Source of the DNA: Cyanophora paradoxa CCMP329
Lineage: Eukaryota > Plantae > Glaucophyta
DNA length: 64,000 nt
NCBI GenBank assembly: GCA_004431415.1
Contig: QPMI01000615.1
Span: forward strand, 161,542-225,541
Direction: 5' to 3'
Shown: positions 1 through 13,400 of the stretch, piece by piece
How positions within the stretch are numbered: the first letter of the stretch is position 1
How the letters are laid out: the number at the start of each line of letters is the position of its first letter
The notes under the pieces: model-generated
What the model was told of the DNA's origin: nothing
The model's input: only the letters and a program-made list of their open reading frames with translations
The model's database searches: none
Made by a program: the position numbers and the translations under genes

Positions 1-1196
1 GTGAGTTCGATGCTCACCTTGCGCGTTAGGCTGCGCATGCGCCTTGCTCGCTTCGGAATGGCCATGGCCCCGCGATCCCTGAGGAAGCGCCGGACGGCGT
101 CGCGCTGCTCCTCCAGCGAGCCGGCTCCTGCCACGTACTCCGCCAGCTTCCCCTCCCGCAGGTCCACGAAGAACGTCTCGTTGGCGTAATCTGCGGGACG
201 ATCGATATATATTAATATCAGGATCCCGTCTGTCCGAGAACATCACGCAAAATTACTATTTTCAAGTTCAACAGCTGCCGTGCGCACCCTCACGAGGGAA
301 GTTCAGCTGTGAATCAGGAACACGCTGCTTCATGGGCCAATCAGAGCGCTCGTCCAGCCACTGGCAGGTAATGATTACTCGGTCTCGTGTCCGGACTGCC
401 TCCTGATCACGAGAGAAATTAAAATATTATTGATAAGAACAGGTTCTAGATATGGATCGGAACATGTTGGAACCATCCGTGTTTGTAGATTAGGACACGA
501 GAAGACACGATTGCGCCACTTAAATTCCCCAGAAAATTTTACTTCGGTTTTCAGCCGAACTTGGTAGACACCGTTAGAGCTCGAGCATGGAGGTGGGAGC
601 GAAGAAACAGAACTAGTGATGCTTGAGAGTCCTGATTTCGCGGGTTTCTGGTTGTGGATTGACGAGGTGAAGTGAGTGATTGATCATGAAGAGATTTGCT
701 GATAAGGAATATTTATTGTCAGAGCACCGGTGCAGGGAAAAGTTCGTCCGCGACAAACGCGACAGTACGCCTCACGGCCTCCGTGTGCACACGCTCGTGA
801 CCAGTTGCAGCCAGCTTGCTCGGATCGCGGTTGCCCACCGGCGGCCGCTGCTCCTCGGGCCCCACAGGTGGAAGGGGGGGTCCGTTCTGGCGGACGGAAC
901 GGAGAGCAGAAAAAGTTTTCTGCCTCTGTTCCGGCTGTCGGAACGGCCGATTCCGCTTTCTGACACATGAGCACATCTGCCATAATTTTGTCATCATTCG
1001 CCAGAATTCGTGTCGGAACCAAAATTCCGCCGCAGAAACGCTGCAAAAATGTGTTCTACCACGTCAGAACCGCGGCGGAATCCGAACGGTTCTGACACTT
1101 GTTCGGCCCTGCCCCGCCCCCCCCGCCGCCCCGCCCGCCGCCGCGGCCGGGCCCTGCGCTCAGCTGCATATATATGTACGTGAATATTTACAGCGT

Positions 1197-1500
1197 CAGC
1201 TAGCTACTGCTAGCTGGCTAGCTACTGCTGACTGGCTAGCTAGCTACTGCTAGCTGGCTAGCTAGCACTAGCAGCTGCTGTGCTAGCAGCTGGGCGGGGC
1301 GGGGCGGGGCGGGGCGGGGCGGGGCGGGGCAACCGCGGGGCGGGGCGGGCGGGGCGGGGCGGGGCGGGGCGGGGCGGGGCGGGGCGGGGCGGCCGCGGGC
1401 GGGGCGGGGCGGGGCGGCCGCGGGGCGGGCGGGCGGGGCAGCCGCGGGGCGGGCAGCCGCGGGGCGGGGCGGCCGCGGGGCGGGGCGGCCCGCCCCGGGG
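1197..1500. repeat. (GCTA/GCT)n simple repeat followed by a (GGGGC)n G-rich tract
   Basis: Directly visible: agctagctactgctagctggcta.. then GGGGCGGGGCGGGGC.. at 1291-1500. Confidence 0.9.
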
Positions 1501-3829
1501 AGCAGGCCGGCGCCTGATTGTGCCTGATGGTGGAGTGAGCCTCAGCAAAAACAATCTCAGGGGCGCGCGCGCGCGCAAGGAATCTATAGATCTATCTAGA
1601 CAGCACAGCCTTGCACTGGCAGCGGCACCTGAGAGACGCCGCCAGGGCTGGGGCCCCGCTGTCTAGCTCTCGAGGGCGTCGGGCAGGAGAGAGACTCGCG
1701 AACCTTGCTTGCAGGTGCGAACTTGGCCTCTGACCGTCGCCGACGCTCCCCAGCTCAAGACGTCTGCGCTCGATCGGGTCAGCTCTATTGCATAGAAATA
1801 ATATATATAGGGCGGCTAGAAGACAGCGGGACAAGGCACCAGCGGCGGCACCTGAGGGCCGTCGCCGGGGCTGCAGCCCCGCCATCTAGCTCTAGCGGGC
1901 GTCACTTGGCGTCTAGCTTTAGAGGGGAGGGGGAGGGCGCTGAAGGGCTGCGAGGCGCGCACCAAGCGAAGGGAGGGCCGCCGCAGCTTCACGGCCGCCT
2001 CCGCCGCGCAGGCGCCGTGATTCGGGGCTCCTGCGCTCCCCCCGTCGCGCGGCGCGCGGCGCTGAAGGGCGGCGAGGCGCGCACCAAGCGGGCAAAGGGC
2101 CGCCGTCGCTTCTCGGACGCTTTCGCCGTGCAGGCTCCGCGATCCGGACATCCTGCGCACGCCGCAAGTCAGCTAAGGCGGGGAGAGCAGCGGTGGCAGC
2201 ATGAGAGGGCGGGCTTGAGCGAGGAGTGCGCACCGGTGAAGTAGATCGTGAACGTGAGGCGACGAGCCGCAGCTTCGAGAGACGAGTTAGTACTGAATTG
2301 GGCAGCCAGTAGCCCAGCGCTCGGGCTGCGAGAGGTCGAGGCAAAGCGCGGGGCGTAGCGCCGAGGAGCGAGAAGCTCATAGCAAGCATGAAGAGCGCCG
2401 CGGCTGCTTCCGGGCCGCCTTCACCTGACGAGAAGCCGAGAAGTCTGACGAGCAGCCAAGCGCAAGTCAGCCGGCACAACGATCCAGGCGCAGCGAAGCT
2501 CCAGATCGATGCTTTGACGTTGCAGAAGCGCAACTAGCGTGTTAAAACAACTCTGGGCGCACTGCTTCAGGCCTTAGTGTGGAAGAGCCAAGTGCGTAGG
2601 ATCTTCTGCTGGCTTCCCCGGAGAACAGAACTGGTGCGCAGAACGTGAATGAGAGCTCTCATGCGTACTCTAGACGGAAGGTCTTGCGGCACCGAGGCGT
2701 GCGAACCTGGAGGTCGGTGACCTCGCGGAAACAGCGCCGATCGGAGCGCCCGCCATGCCAACGAGTTGTCTCTACGCTCTAGAGGCCGCGGATAGCCGCT
2801 GATTAGCGCGCGGCGCGCTGGCTCGCTCGCTCGCAGGTGGCAGTTTGCTGCTTCAGTCTTGTACCCCCCAGGGTCCCCATACCCCTGGCCAGCGGTCCGC
2901 AGCGGAAAGCACCCCAGTACTGTACTAGTCTCGCGCTGCCGCGCTGCCGCAGCGTGCTGCCGCACTGCCGCAGCGTGCTGCCGCGCGCGCCGCGGCGCCG
3001 GCCCGGCCGAGGCGACTTTAGCTGCTGGGCTTCCCCGAGGCTCTAGCCGCGTGCAGTCGCATGTTTTCCTTCTTTAGGACGTATGTGCGCCCTCAGGACG
3101 CGCCCCGCTCAGAGCTCCACCCGCGGCACGCGGCGAAGTACGCCTAGGTGCCCTCCGGTTATCACGGCGTACCGCCGCGGCGGTCGGGCCGCAGGCCTTT
3201 CTCAGGCCTCAGACGGAAGGTAAACCCGCACTAGCACCGGTTTTTCACTCAAGCGTAGTGGGCCGGGCCCGCGCGCGCGCGCGGGAGGCCTGCGGCTCGA
3301 GCATGCCCCGCCTGGCTCATGATCAAAGACGCAGTACTCCCAGCGACTTCCCGCTTTGGGATCAAGATGTACGTGGTCTAAATACTTCATTTGTATTCAA
3401 ATACCAAGCTTCGCCGAACGTTCCGGACAATGAGCAGCGCTGATCGATGTTGAAGTAGAATTGATGATGAACTTAGAGAAGTCAGGTCTAGTACTTTGGT
3501 CTAAAGACTCATGATAACGTGCATCGTCCGGAACGTTCGCGCTCGCCGCGAAAATCGGTGCACACACTCTTAAGATATAATTCTTTAATAATCTCACTCA
3601 TTATATCGAAATGAAGCTCTGCTGGCTCGCTCTGTCGTCGCGATCGATCGGCGTGACCATGAACCAAGGGGCCCCGGCGAAGGCGCGGCACCCAGGCGCG
3701 CGGCACAGGCTCTGCTGGGGTCGGGAAAGCGACAAACGAAAGCTATTTGAGTGCTTCAAATGCTATACAAGGCAGCAGGCGCCGGTCGGGCCGGGCCGGC
3801 AGGGGTGGGGCCCCTCAAACGCCCGCCCC

Positions 3830-5262
3830 CTGCCACCCGCCCCTGCCGCCCCTGCGCCGGCGCCCCGCGAGCCGACGGCTGCCCGCGCGCCGGCGCCCCG
3901 CGAGCCGATGGCTGCCCGCCGGCGAGCCCGCCCGCCCGGAGCCGGCGAGCCCGCCGAGCTCCCCCCCTGTCCGGCGAGCCGCGCCACCGCCCGACGCGCC
4001 CCGCCGGGCCGGCCTCTGCCGCGCCGGTCCCCGTCCGGCGAGCCGGCGCCGCGCCGCTGCCCGCCGAGCCTCCGCCCGTCCAATGAGCCACGCCGCCGCC
4101 CGCCGCGCCCCCGCCGGGCCCGTGCGGCGGGTCGCGCCGCCGCCCGCTGCGCACCCGCCGCGCACCCGCCGGGCCCGTCCGGCGAGCCGCGCCGCCGCCC
4201 GCCGCGCCTCCGCCCGCCCGACGAGCCGCGCCGCCGCCCGCCGCGCCCCTGCCGGGCCCCGCCCGACGAGCCGCGCCGCCGCCCGCCGCGCCCCTGCCGG
4301 GCCCGCCCGACGAGCCGCGCTGCTGCCCGCCGCGCCTCCGCCCCGCCCGCGGGCCGACGAGCCACGCCGCCGCCCGCCGCGCCCCGCCGGGCCCCGTCCG
4401 GCGAGCCGCGCCGTCGCCCGCCGCGCCCCTGCCGGGCCCGCCCGACGAGCCGCGCCGCCGCCCGCCGCGCCCCCGCCGGGCCCCGTCCGGCGAGCCGCGC
4501 CGCCGCCCGCCGCGCCCCCGCCGGGCCCCGTCCGGCGAGCCGCGCCGCCGCCCGCCGCGCCCCTGCCGGGCCCGTCCGGCGAGCCGCGCCGCCGCCGCGC
4601 GCCCCCGCCGGGCCCGTCCGGCGAGCCGCGCCGCCGCCCGCCGCGCCCCCGCCGGGCCCCGTCCGGCGAGCCGCGCCGCCGCCCGCCGCGCCCCCGCCGG
4701 GCCCGTCCGGCGAGCCGCGCCGCCGCCCGCCGCGCCCCCGTCGGGCCCCGTCCGGCGAGCCGCGCCGCCGCCCACCGCGCCCCGCCGGGCCCCGTCCGGC
4801 GAGCCGCGCCGCCGCCGCCGCGCCCCCGCCGGGCCCCGTCCGGCGAGCCGCGCCGCCGCCCGCCGCGCCTCCGCCCCGCCCGACGAGCCGCGCCGCCGCC
4901 CGCCGCGCCCCCGTCGGGCCCCGTCTAATCAGCCGCGCCGCCGCCCGCCGCGCACCCGCCGGGCCCGTCCAGTGAGCAACGCCGCCGCCCGCCGCGCCTC
5001 CGCCCCGCCCGACGAGAAGCGCCGCCGCCCGCCGCGCCCCGCCGGGCCCCGTCCGGCGAGCCGCGCCGCCGCCCGCCGCGCCTCCGCCCCGCCCGACGAG
5101 CCGCGCCGCCGCCCGCCGCGCCCCGTCGGGCCCCGTCTAATCAGCCGCGCCGCCGCCCGCCGCGCACCCGCCGGGCCCGTCCAGTGAGCAACGCCGCCGC
5201 CCGCCGCGCCTCCGCCCCGCCCGACGAGAAGCGCCGCCGCCCGCCGCGCCCCCGCCGGGCCC
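3830..5262. repeat. GC-rich minisatellite, ~40-bp unit (CCGTCCGGCGAGCCGCGCCGCCGCCCGCCGCGCCCCCGCCGGGCC-like)
   Basis: Tandem degenerate units are visible. They produce the long P/R/A ORFs in all frames. The same family occurs at 31292-31470, 37870-38275, 42750-43400 and 63841-64000. Confidence 0.9.
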
Positions 5263-8200
5263 CGAAGGCCGAGGGCGGAGGACGGAGGGCGGGGGAGGAG
5301 GTTCTTCCGCCTTATCGGCGATCTGAAAAGGGCGCGTAAGCTGTGGGCGGGGCGCGGCGGGTGAAGGGAAGCACACGCGCTCGCCTCGCGGTCGACGAGG
5401 TGGACGAGGTGCACGTGGACGACGCCGGCGCGGCGGGGAGCTCTCGGCGGGGCGCACGCGTTCCCGGCAGCGACGAGGCGTCTACCGCGACACGATGCGA
5501 GGCGGCCGCAGGTGACGCGCCCGCCAGCCTCGGCCTCGCCGCCGCCCGGCCTGAGGCGAACGACTTGCTAGCTTGCTGCTGGGGCTGAGCATCGGTGTCC
5601 GGTCCGACTTCTTGGCCAGTTCAGGGGGAAGAGGGGGGGAAGATCCCGCCCCCGTACGTGTGCTCGCCAACCATCCTGCAGCATGCACGAGAGCACATCG
5701 TCTCGCGTCGCACCTTAGCATAGACAGCGCGCAAACCTCCAGCATCATCATTTGGAGCCAGCTTGTGCCCCCGGGCGACGCCTGCGAGCGGCGCGGGATC
5801 ACCCTTGCTCGTGGCGCAAGAACGCAGGCCAGTGCACGCGGAACCATCGCGGATCGCTCATAGCTAACGTTTGGAGCGCAGAAGACCGCCGCACCCAGCC
5901 GGCAGGTCGCGGCCTGTCGGTTCTAGGTCGAGCGCGGTGCTAGGGGCTCGCAGCTTCAGCCTATGTACGTCCAGTATGTGCTCACAAGTACAATGAGTGG
6001 TTCCGGAACGTTTGGCGTCGTGTGCCGAGCGCAGATCGCTTAGCTATGGCCCTGCAGCCCTGCATCCCTCATCTAGATCTGCCCGAACTCCCCGGGTCCT
6101 AGCGCGCGGTTCCGGCGGGCAGTTCTGGCGGAGCGAACCGCACTCTTCGGACGCTCTTCCGTCCTGGCACGTCAGAACCTAGATCTCGGATGCCCCGGAA
6201 CAGAAGATTCGGGCACTTAGCTGTGATCTGCCCTAATCGATTTCGGACTGTCCGAAGTTTTCGTTCTGCACGTCGGAACAGAGGCAGAAAACTGATTCTG
6301 CTCTCCGTTCCGTCCGCCAGAACGGACCCCCCCTTCCACCTGTGCCCGTCGAAGAGCTTGCGGTACCACCCCTCCGACGCGTATTCTGGAGGGGACCGGA
6401 GCTTGCATTAGAAACTTGAGACCAATACGTATACTCACTTCAACTTGGGCATTGAATTCAATTTATATAATTATCTATATTATTGATATTCCTCGAGAGG
6501 CGTCTCGGCGTCGATTATTGACAGATCTTGATCTAGATCGATGTTTGTTTATATGTACATGTACATGATTCATGCGCGCGTGTGCACAAATATCACGTGT
6601 ACAGCTGCAGGCTAGGTGCGCATGCTACAGATACAGATGCCGCACCCTCGATAGGAAAGTGGATCTTCATGCCGTAGCGGTTCTCGCCATCGGGGCCGAA
6701 CCACGCCACGCGGCAGCGATCGACAAACCGCAGCGCCTCGTCCACCGACGCGAGCGGTGGAGAGACGACCTGCAGCGTCGCGATCGAAACTTCACTGTGT
6801 GCATATGCATTTGCACGCAGCCGAGTTAAAGCTTTGCACCTTCTCGCTCTCGAGGAAGAAGGCAGCATAGTAGCCGCCATCGAGCTTGAACACGTCCTCC
6901 ACGATCATCTGCACGCAGAAGCGATATCGATGTCAGTGAACTTGCTTCAATTAATGCTCTGCGATACGCAATTGCAAGATATTCCGGATCTCCACCTGGC
7001 CGCTCTTGTGCAGCTCTCTCCAGCGTGTTTTGGTAGCCGCTGCGATGAAGTCAAAAAAAATCGGTTTATGAATGTATAATTAGATCTAGAGACTAGATCT
7101 AGACGTCTTTACCCGCACCTGCCTCGTCGCCATTGTCTGTGCGCTCCTCATCATCTTCTTCGCTTTCACTTTGATTTGACTCTTTCTCCTCGGAATCAGA
7201 CGCGGATTCTTTCTTGATACGTTTACTGTTAGCGTTGGTCGGCGTCGCAATATTAATGACGCTTGCATTCGAATTCTGCTTGTCGCGGTGAAAGAAAAAT
7301 ATACATCAATTGCAAACGAGTGTGCTGGCTATATATCTAGAGTATAATCGCACCGGATCATGATCACGATCGTGAAGCAGGGAGACTCCAGATCCGGGTG
7401 CTGCTGAACTCGAGCTTGGAAGGGCTCGTGGAAGTTCCGTCGACGTCGTCGAGTCGTCTGGCGGGACGGACGCCGACTGCATACATGCACAGGAATCATG
7501 TGCATGATCAGCTCTATCTCATAGTTTTAATAACGGTTCAAATAAGATAAACAACGTTATATTATATTAATTACTAATATATCTTGTCTTAGAAGGTCAA
7601 TGAAAGAGAATTTTGAAATTGCCCACCTTCGTACACGTATTCGCAATGCAGCGGGGTACTACTGGGGGGCAATCGTAACCGCCGTGCTGCTCGAGAAAGG
7701 TGCGCACGCGGTCGCGGTGATCCTCTCGCTGTGCTCCGCACGGGGGAAGCTCGAGCTCGCCGCGCTGCAGGGCGGCGAAGAACTTCTCCCCCTCGTAGTC
7801 TGAGAGTTTAATTGTGAGCGCATGCAATTGCAAGCTCGACCCTGAGGTCTGCAGGATTGCACAGCTCTATAGCTAGAATCGAGCGAGACAAATAGGGCAC
7901 CCGAGCGGGGGCGGTTCAAGATGTCGCCCCGCAGGCGAGGCTCCCATCCGGTCTTCTCGTCAATGAAGTCGCAGATGATTGCGAGGCGGTCCCGAATTCG
8001 AACGGCTTCCTGTATTTGAAAATCAGAAAGATGAAACTCGTTTTTGAGCTCGAATTCAATCTTGCCTCCCTCCTTGGAAGGCAGATCGTCGAGACCTGCG
8101 TGATCGAATGAGAACGAGCAAATTTAAACGATCAATTTGCAATTGCAAGCTCGATGACGTAAAAGTAATTCGTGAATTCAAGAAATTAACCGAATTTAGA

Positions 8201-10410
8201 CGGCTGGCGCACCTCGCGCCCGTGCCAGGTGAATCGTCCTTGCTGTCCTTTTTGGCGATTCACGATCCCGAGCTCCTGACCCGGTCTCCGGTACACGCTT
8301 GAGGCTGCATTTGTCCGCGAGCTGTCTTCTGGCGTCGACGTCGTACTGCATGTGCGCAGGATCGGAGGTTCCGTCGGCTTTTCCAAGCCACGGCCGGATC
8401 CGAATACTGACGTCGAAGTCGACCCGCTGACGTCAGCACTGCAGCTGGCCGAGCCTGCCACCTCAAATTGTGGCGAGGGCATCTACGAGGAAACAGCGTT
8501 ATAATCAGCCGACTCGAGCTCAAGATCCGCAGTCTGCAGCAGGATTTTAAGCGATTGCCCCTCATGATCACAATTGTGCAATATTTATTATATTGGATGC
8601 GCAATTGCAAGGGCAATCATGAGACTTTACGAACCAGGTTAAGAGAGGCGGCATCTGTGGGTTGAGACAAATCTACAGGCGCGGCCGTCCTATAGCTAGG
8701 CTCACCTCCAGATCCAGTGCCAGATTCCATCTGCGACGTGCAGTCACTGCATGAGCCCGCGCTGCTTAATTTACATAATTATATATAATGAAGATGCTCT
8801 TATTGGGGCAGGGTTCGACGCTAGATAAAATATCTGCGGATATCTAGAACTGCGAAAAGGGGGAGGAACCGGGAAGAAGGAGGCCTAGGAGGGGGAAGAG
8901 GGCCGGGGGGGGGGGGGGGGCCGGGGGGTGTTGAGGTGATCACGATATCGATCAGCACGTGGAAACGGCTGTGGCGGTGGCGAATTCGAAGGCCCGGGCA
9001 AGCATATGCATCCGGGATCCGGTCGCGGGGCGCCGGCGCTCATATGCATGCATATGGCCATGGGGCCGGGGCGCTAGTGGCCGCGGGCATGCGCAGCTGC
9101 AGGGCTCCCGCGGCCGGCCACGGGGGCACGTGCACCTATAGCTAGGCCTAGCTTTAATTTAGGCCTGCATACGCAACGCTAGGAGTGGGCGCCCGGCCGC
9201 AGGCAATTGCAAGTTCTAGATCTCGGCGAATCGATATCGCTGCGGCGGCCGCGGGGCCGGGCGCATGCGCACGCGCGCAGATGGACAAATCGCGATCATG
9301 ACCATGATCATGATCGCTTGCAACTAACTAGAGCTATTGTCTGCAGCTGCGTCCGCCCCGGCGGGCACCCGGCCGGCGCCCGGCCCGCGGCCGCGCGCGC
9401 GTATCGATATCGCGCACCTTCGGATTCGCGAAGTGGGTGTACTGTCGAGCGCCTTCAGATCAGTACTCTTGATCTGCGCCGATTGTCATCGTGGGCCGCG
9501 CCATGTGCATGCATATGGGTGCGATATCGATCAGTTTCGATATCGATTCGCACTAGTGTTAGGCGCGCGCGCAGCGGGCGCGCGGTCGCGCGCGCGCATG
9601 ATTGCCGCTTGCGCACCGTGATTGCGGTTGTGGCGTGATTGCCGGGTCTCACGATCGTATCGCCTCCGGTCCGGGGATCCGCCGCGCGCGCGCGCGGGCT
9701 CGATCGGGGACTACAAGTCGCGCGGAACTATCGATCGGGAACTACAGGCCGCGAAACTACAGTCCGATATCGACGATCATGATCGATCGGGGAGAAAGAG
9801 CTGCATGCGCAGCTGCGCGCTGATACGTACGTATACCCCACTGCAACTCCGAAATCCTTGTACCCTTTGGATGCCCTTGCGATCGATTAAATATTTGCAA
9901 TTTTTTTTTTGGTGAATTACCGGCCACAGCCTCTAGTCTACTCCAGCACTGTGGGGGCGTGTACAGGCAAGGTGGGGCATGATCGATCGGAATTATGTGG
10001 AACGGGCGGGATTTGAAGGCGTGATTCTCATCGCAGGGCGATTCGAACACGGAAGGCATGCATCGGAAAGCGTGTATGATAACCACACCGCTATGAGCGG
10101 GGGCAAAATTGCACTCGATTGCACTAAATGAGATGTCGATCTAGACATTATTGTACATGCGGTTCGCGGCGCTAGAGCTAGCGTTAAGCCTTGCCAAGTT
10201 GAATTTCGAAGCGCTAGCCGGCGCCCAACTCTCTCAACACTAGTATTGACACACTGACAGGCCTAGGCCTGTATAGCTAGCTATAGGGCCCCCAAGCGGG
10301 CCGAACTTGAAAAGTCTGATAATGGGTAATTTTAAGGATAAGCTGCAGCCGTCTCCGTACGCGTAGCAAGCCATCTTCGATGGGCAGAAGCAACGCAGCT
10401 CGAGCACTCA

Positions 10411-13400
10411 TCAGTGACTGGACTCGCGCCCGGGGACTCGCGGGCCCTCTGGTTGAGGGACCTTGTGCGCCTCGATTAGTCTCAGGCGGTCTTTGAATCG
10501 GCTCTCGATCTCCTGCGCCTGCTTGTTGGAATCGCCGAGCGCTTCCTTGGCTGCGGCTACCAGCCGCTCGACCTGCGCAGGGTCAAGTCCCAGCCGAGCC
10601 ATCCGTCCCGCCTCAAGGGCCTCAGGGGGCTAGATCTAGGCCCGCCCGGGCTATGGGCGGGGCGGGGCGGCCACCTCGTAGTCGAGGGCTTCGAGGACGA
10701 GCTCGAGGGCGTCCTCCTCGTCCTTGCCGGCGTTCGGTGCCTCCTCTCGCTGGTACTCCAGCAGCTTCTGCCTCAGGGTGCACCCCGGGCGCTTCAGAAG
10801 CATGGGCCCGTTGAGCGCCAGCCGCCGGAGCATGCGGTACCTGCGCGGCCTCGTTCAATTTTCAGTAAACGTTAAAGCTTAAAACATCAGGCGCACGTCG
10901 CGTCCTCAGGGGCCAGGACCAGCTTGTCGGCAAGCCACTCGAGAACCACAGCAGGCCTCCACTGCAGAAACTGCGGCGACAGGTTCAACGAGGGCCGGGG
11001 GGCTCCTGATCAGCGAGGCGAGCCGCGAAGGGTCTGTGTGTGCGGGGACGCACCGAGCCTGGGTCGAGGGCGGAGGGGGCGGCCGCGGGCGCCGCCACGT
11101 CCGCGACCGCTAAGGCTCTGGCCGTCGAAGCGGGGGCAGACTCGAGAGGAGCCGCGGGGGCGGGGGCAGGGGCGGGGAGGGGCGGCGGCGGCGGCGAGGG
11201 CGGGAGCGAGGGCGGGGACGGGAGCGAGGGCGGGGGCGGGGCGGGGGCGGGGCGGGGGCAGGGACGGTGGCGGGGGCGGGGCGGGGGCGGATCCGGAGCC
11301 GGGGGCGGGGCCGGGGGCGGGGGAAGGAGCGGCGGCGGGGGACCCTCCAAGCTCGATATTGGAGGGAGCAGGACCGGCCGCCGCGGCATGGTCAGAAGCG
11401 ACGGTGGCCGAGGCGCCAGGCCTGGCTGCGGGCACCGAAGCAGGCCCAAGAGCAGGAGGCCCAAGTGCAGAAGGCGCAGGAGCCTCCTGATCCTTGGCTG
11501 CTGAGGCTCTGGCCGTCGCTGTGGCTGCGGGCGCTGACGCCGGTCGAGCACTGGGGGCCGGGGCGGGGGCAGAGGCGGGGGCGGAGGCGGCCTGGACGCC
11601 ATCGATACTGTAAGGAGCAGGAGCTTGTGTCGCCTCATGGCGAAAATCCGAAGCGGCCACGGCCACGGGGTCACGACGGGCGGCGGCTGCAGGTGCTGAG
11701 CGGGGCCCAGCTGCCGCTGTCCCAGGAGCAGCCGCAGGCAGCGGGACAGATGCTGGCGCTGCGGGGCGGCCTGGCGGCGCAGCAGAGCCACGGCGGGCCG
11801 GCACGACGGCTACGAAGAGAGCCGGCGGTGCGCTGCACGGGCCTCGCCCCGACGAGGGCCCCGCCGCCGGTGGAGCACGTGCCTTGGCTGCAAGTGCAGA
11901 CGCTGCTGCAGCCGCAGTCGCCGCGGGGCTCGCCGCCGGTGCAGAGGCCGCGGCTTTGCTGGGAAGAGTAGGAGCCGAGGCTTCCCCCACGGCTGGAGCA
12001 GGCTCCGGCGCCGCAGGAGCGGTCGCGTTTGCCGCACTGCCGACGCTGGCGGCTGGACGGAGCGGCGGCTCCACCACTGGCGGAGCGAGCCCAGCGGCCG
12101 CGCCGCGGCGGGACCCGCACTGGCCGGCGGCCGGGGCTGAGGCCGCAGCTCCCGCGGTGGGCCCCGCCGTGCGCCCCTGCAGCTGCCCCCGCCGGCAGCG
12201 CGCAGGGCGGGGGCCGCCCCGGCGTGTGCGGCCGCGGAAGCCGCTGGAGCTGCCCCGGGCGGTGGCTCCGCGGCGGCGGCGGCCGTGCTCGGCGAGCTCG
12301 AGCTCGATGCAGAGGCGGCGGAGGCGGCATGCACCGATCGCGAGGAGGTCCCCGCCACCGGCTCGCCCCCCGCACCAGTTTTCCGCTTCTTCACTGCGGG
12401 CCCCGCCGTGCGGCCCGCCTTGCCGGCTGTGTCGCGCGAGCCGGCGGCTGTGGCAGGGGCCGTCGAGCCACCGCGTGGTCCGTAGGGGCCTTCGAAGTCC
12501 CCCAGCTGTGGCGCGCGCTCGGCGTGTTCGGCAAGGATGACAGCGCTGGCGCGGGAGGCGAATCGAAGGCGCACCCCGAGCTCGTCCGCGATGAACGTGA
12601 GCGTGCGGTCGACGGCGGCCGCGTGGTCCTTGCCCCAGGCGGGGTCGTTGTCGCCCACCGGCGGCCGCTGCCCCTCGGGCCCGGCGAAGAGCTTGCGGTA
12701 CCACCCCTCCGACGTGTATTCTGGATGCAGCTTTCGAGTCAGGGGCTGGCACGCGCCACAGCTCGGCTGCCACAGTGCATCATCTAGAAGGGATTTACCA
12801 GCGAGCGGAAAGTGGGTCTCCATTTTGTGCAGCTTTTTTCCGTTGGGGCCGCACCAGGCGATGCTGCATCGGTCTATGAAACGCAGCGCCTCATCCACCG
12901 AACTCAGCGGCGGGGAGATGCGCTGCGGCGTGTCAGCGGGGATCAGGCATGCATTTGAGCGTCTGCCACAGAAGCCGCACGCCTTCTGCTTCTGGAGCTC
13001 CACGGTTGCTAAATAGTGGTCATCCTCTTTGAACACGGAATTCACGATCATCTGCGCGAAAATATTACGTCAAAAGACATCGAAGGTCAAGGCAATAATA
13101 CAAATGTTTAAGTACTGACATTGCAAGGTTTGCAAAGCTCCTTCCAACGCCTCTGGAAATCTGCTGCAGAAATTCAACGGCAAAAAATGAGGGCATAAAT
13201 TAAACGATGTGGTTTTGTTGTCTTGTGATGCTAATACCTATACGGGGGGTTCTTCCCACCGTAGTCTATCAAAACTAAAGCGCTAGTTTTAAGCCGTTTC
13301 TTCAAGATTGCAATTGGCACCACACGAGTAGCAGCCACACGCACCCGCCTGCTTATAATTAGTGGTTTCGTTGACGCTGCTACTTCCGGTGCCCGTGTCT

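Larger units (their letters stand above)
863..6344. mobile_element. Non-autonomous CACTA/EnSpm (CMC)-like DNA transposon, 5482 bp
   Basis: ~70-bp TIRs CACAGGTGGAAGGGGGGGTCCGTTCTGGCGGACGGAACGGAGAGCAGAA.. at 863-934 and 6273-6344, with 2 mismatches. 3-bp TSD CCC at 860-862 and 6345-6347. The paralogous exon at ~12670-12700 (CTCGGGCCCGGCGAAGAGC) shows the empty site. CGGAAC/CAGAAC subterminal motifs occur at both ends. No transposase recognised. Confidence 0.9.
1..8482 (-). pseudogene. Multi-exon gene with >=3 divergent AP2/ERF-like modules (paralog A), exon interrupted by the CACTA-type insertion; continues off the window start
   Basis: Spliced by eye. Module at ~8300-7660: GRFTWHGRE|VSTICLPRRE|EAVRIRDRLAIIC..ILNRP|DYEGEKFF. 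Module at 6910-6345 plus 862-727: ASVDEALRFVDRCRVAWFGP..IHFP, then EGWYRKLFDG/PEEQRPP across the insertion. Module at ~580-60: NGVYQ..FSGEFKWRNR..M|EAVRTRDR..QLNFP|DYANETFF. These match the AP2 pattern GV..W..EEAARAYDRA..LNFP. The 5' end is uncertain. Confidence 0.65.

Noticed and set aside
3611-5414. Long P/R/A-rich ORFs (454, 393 and 339 aa), and similar ones at 37332-38493 and 42680-44416
   Set aside because: They are artefacts of stop-free GC minisatellite and are open in several frames on both strands.
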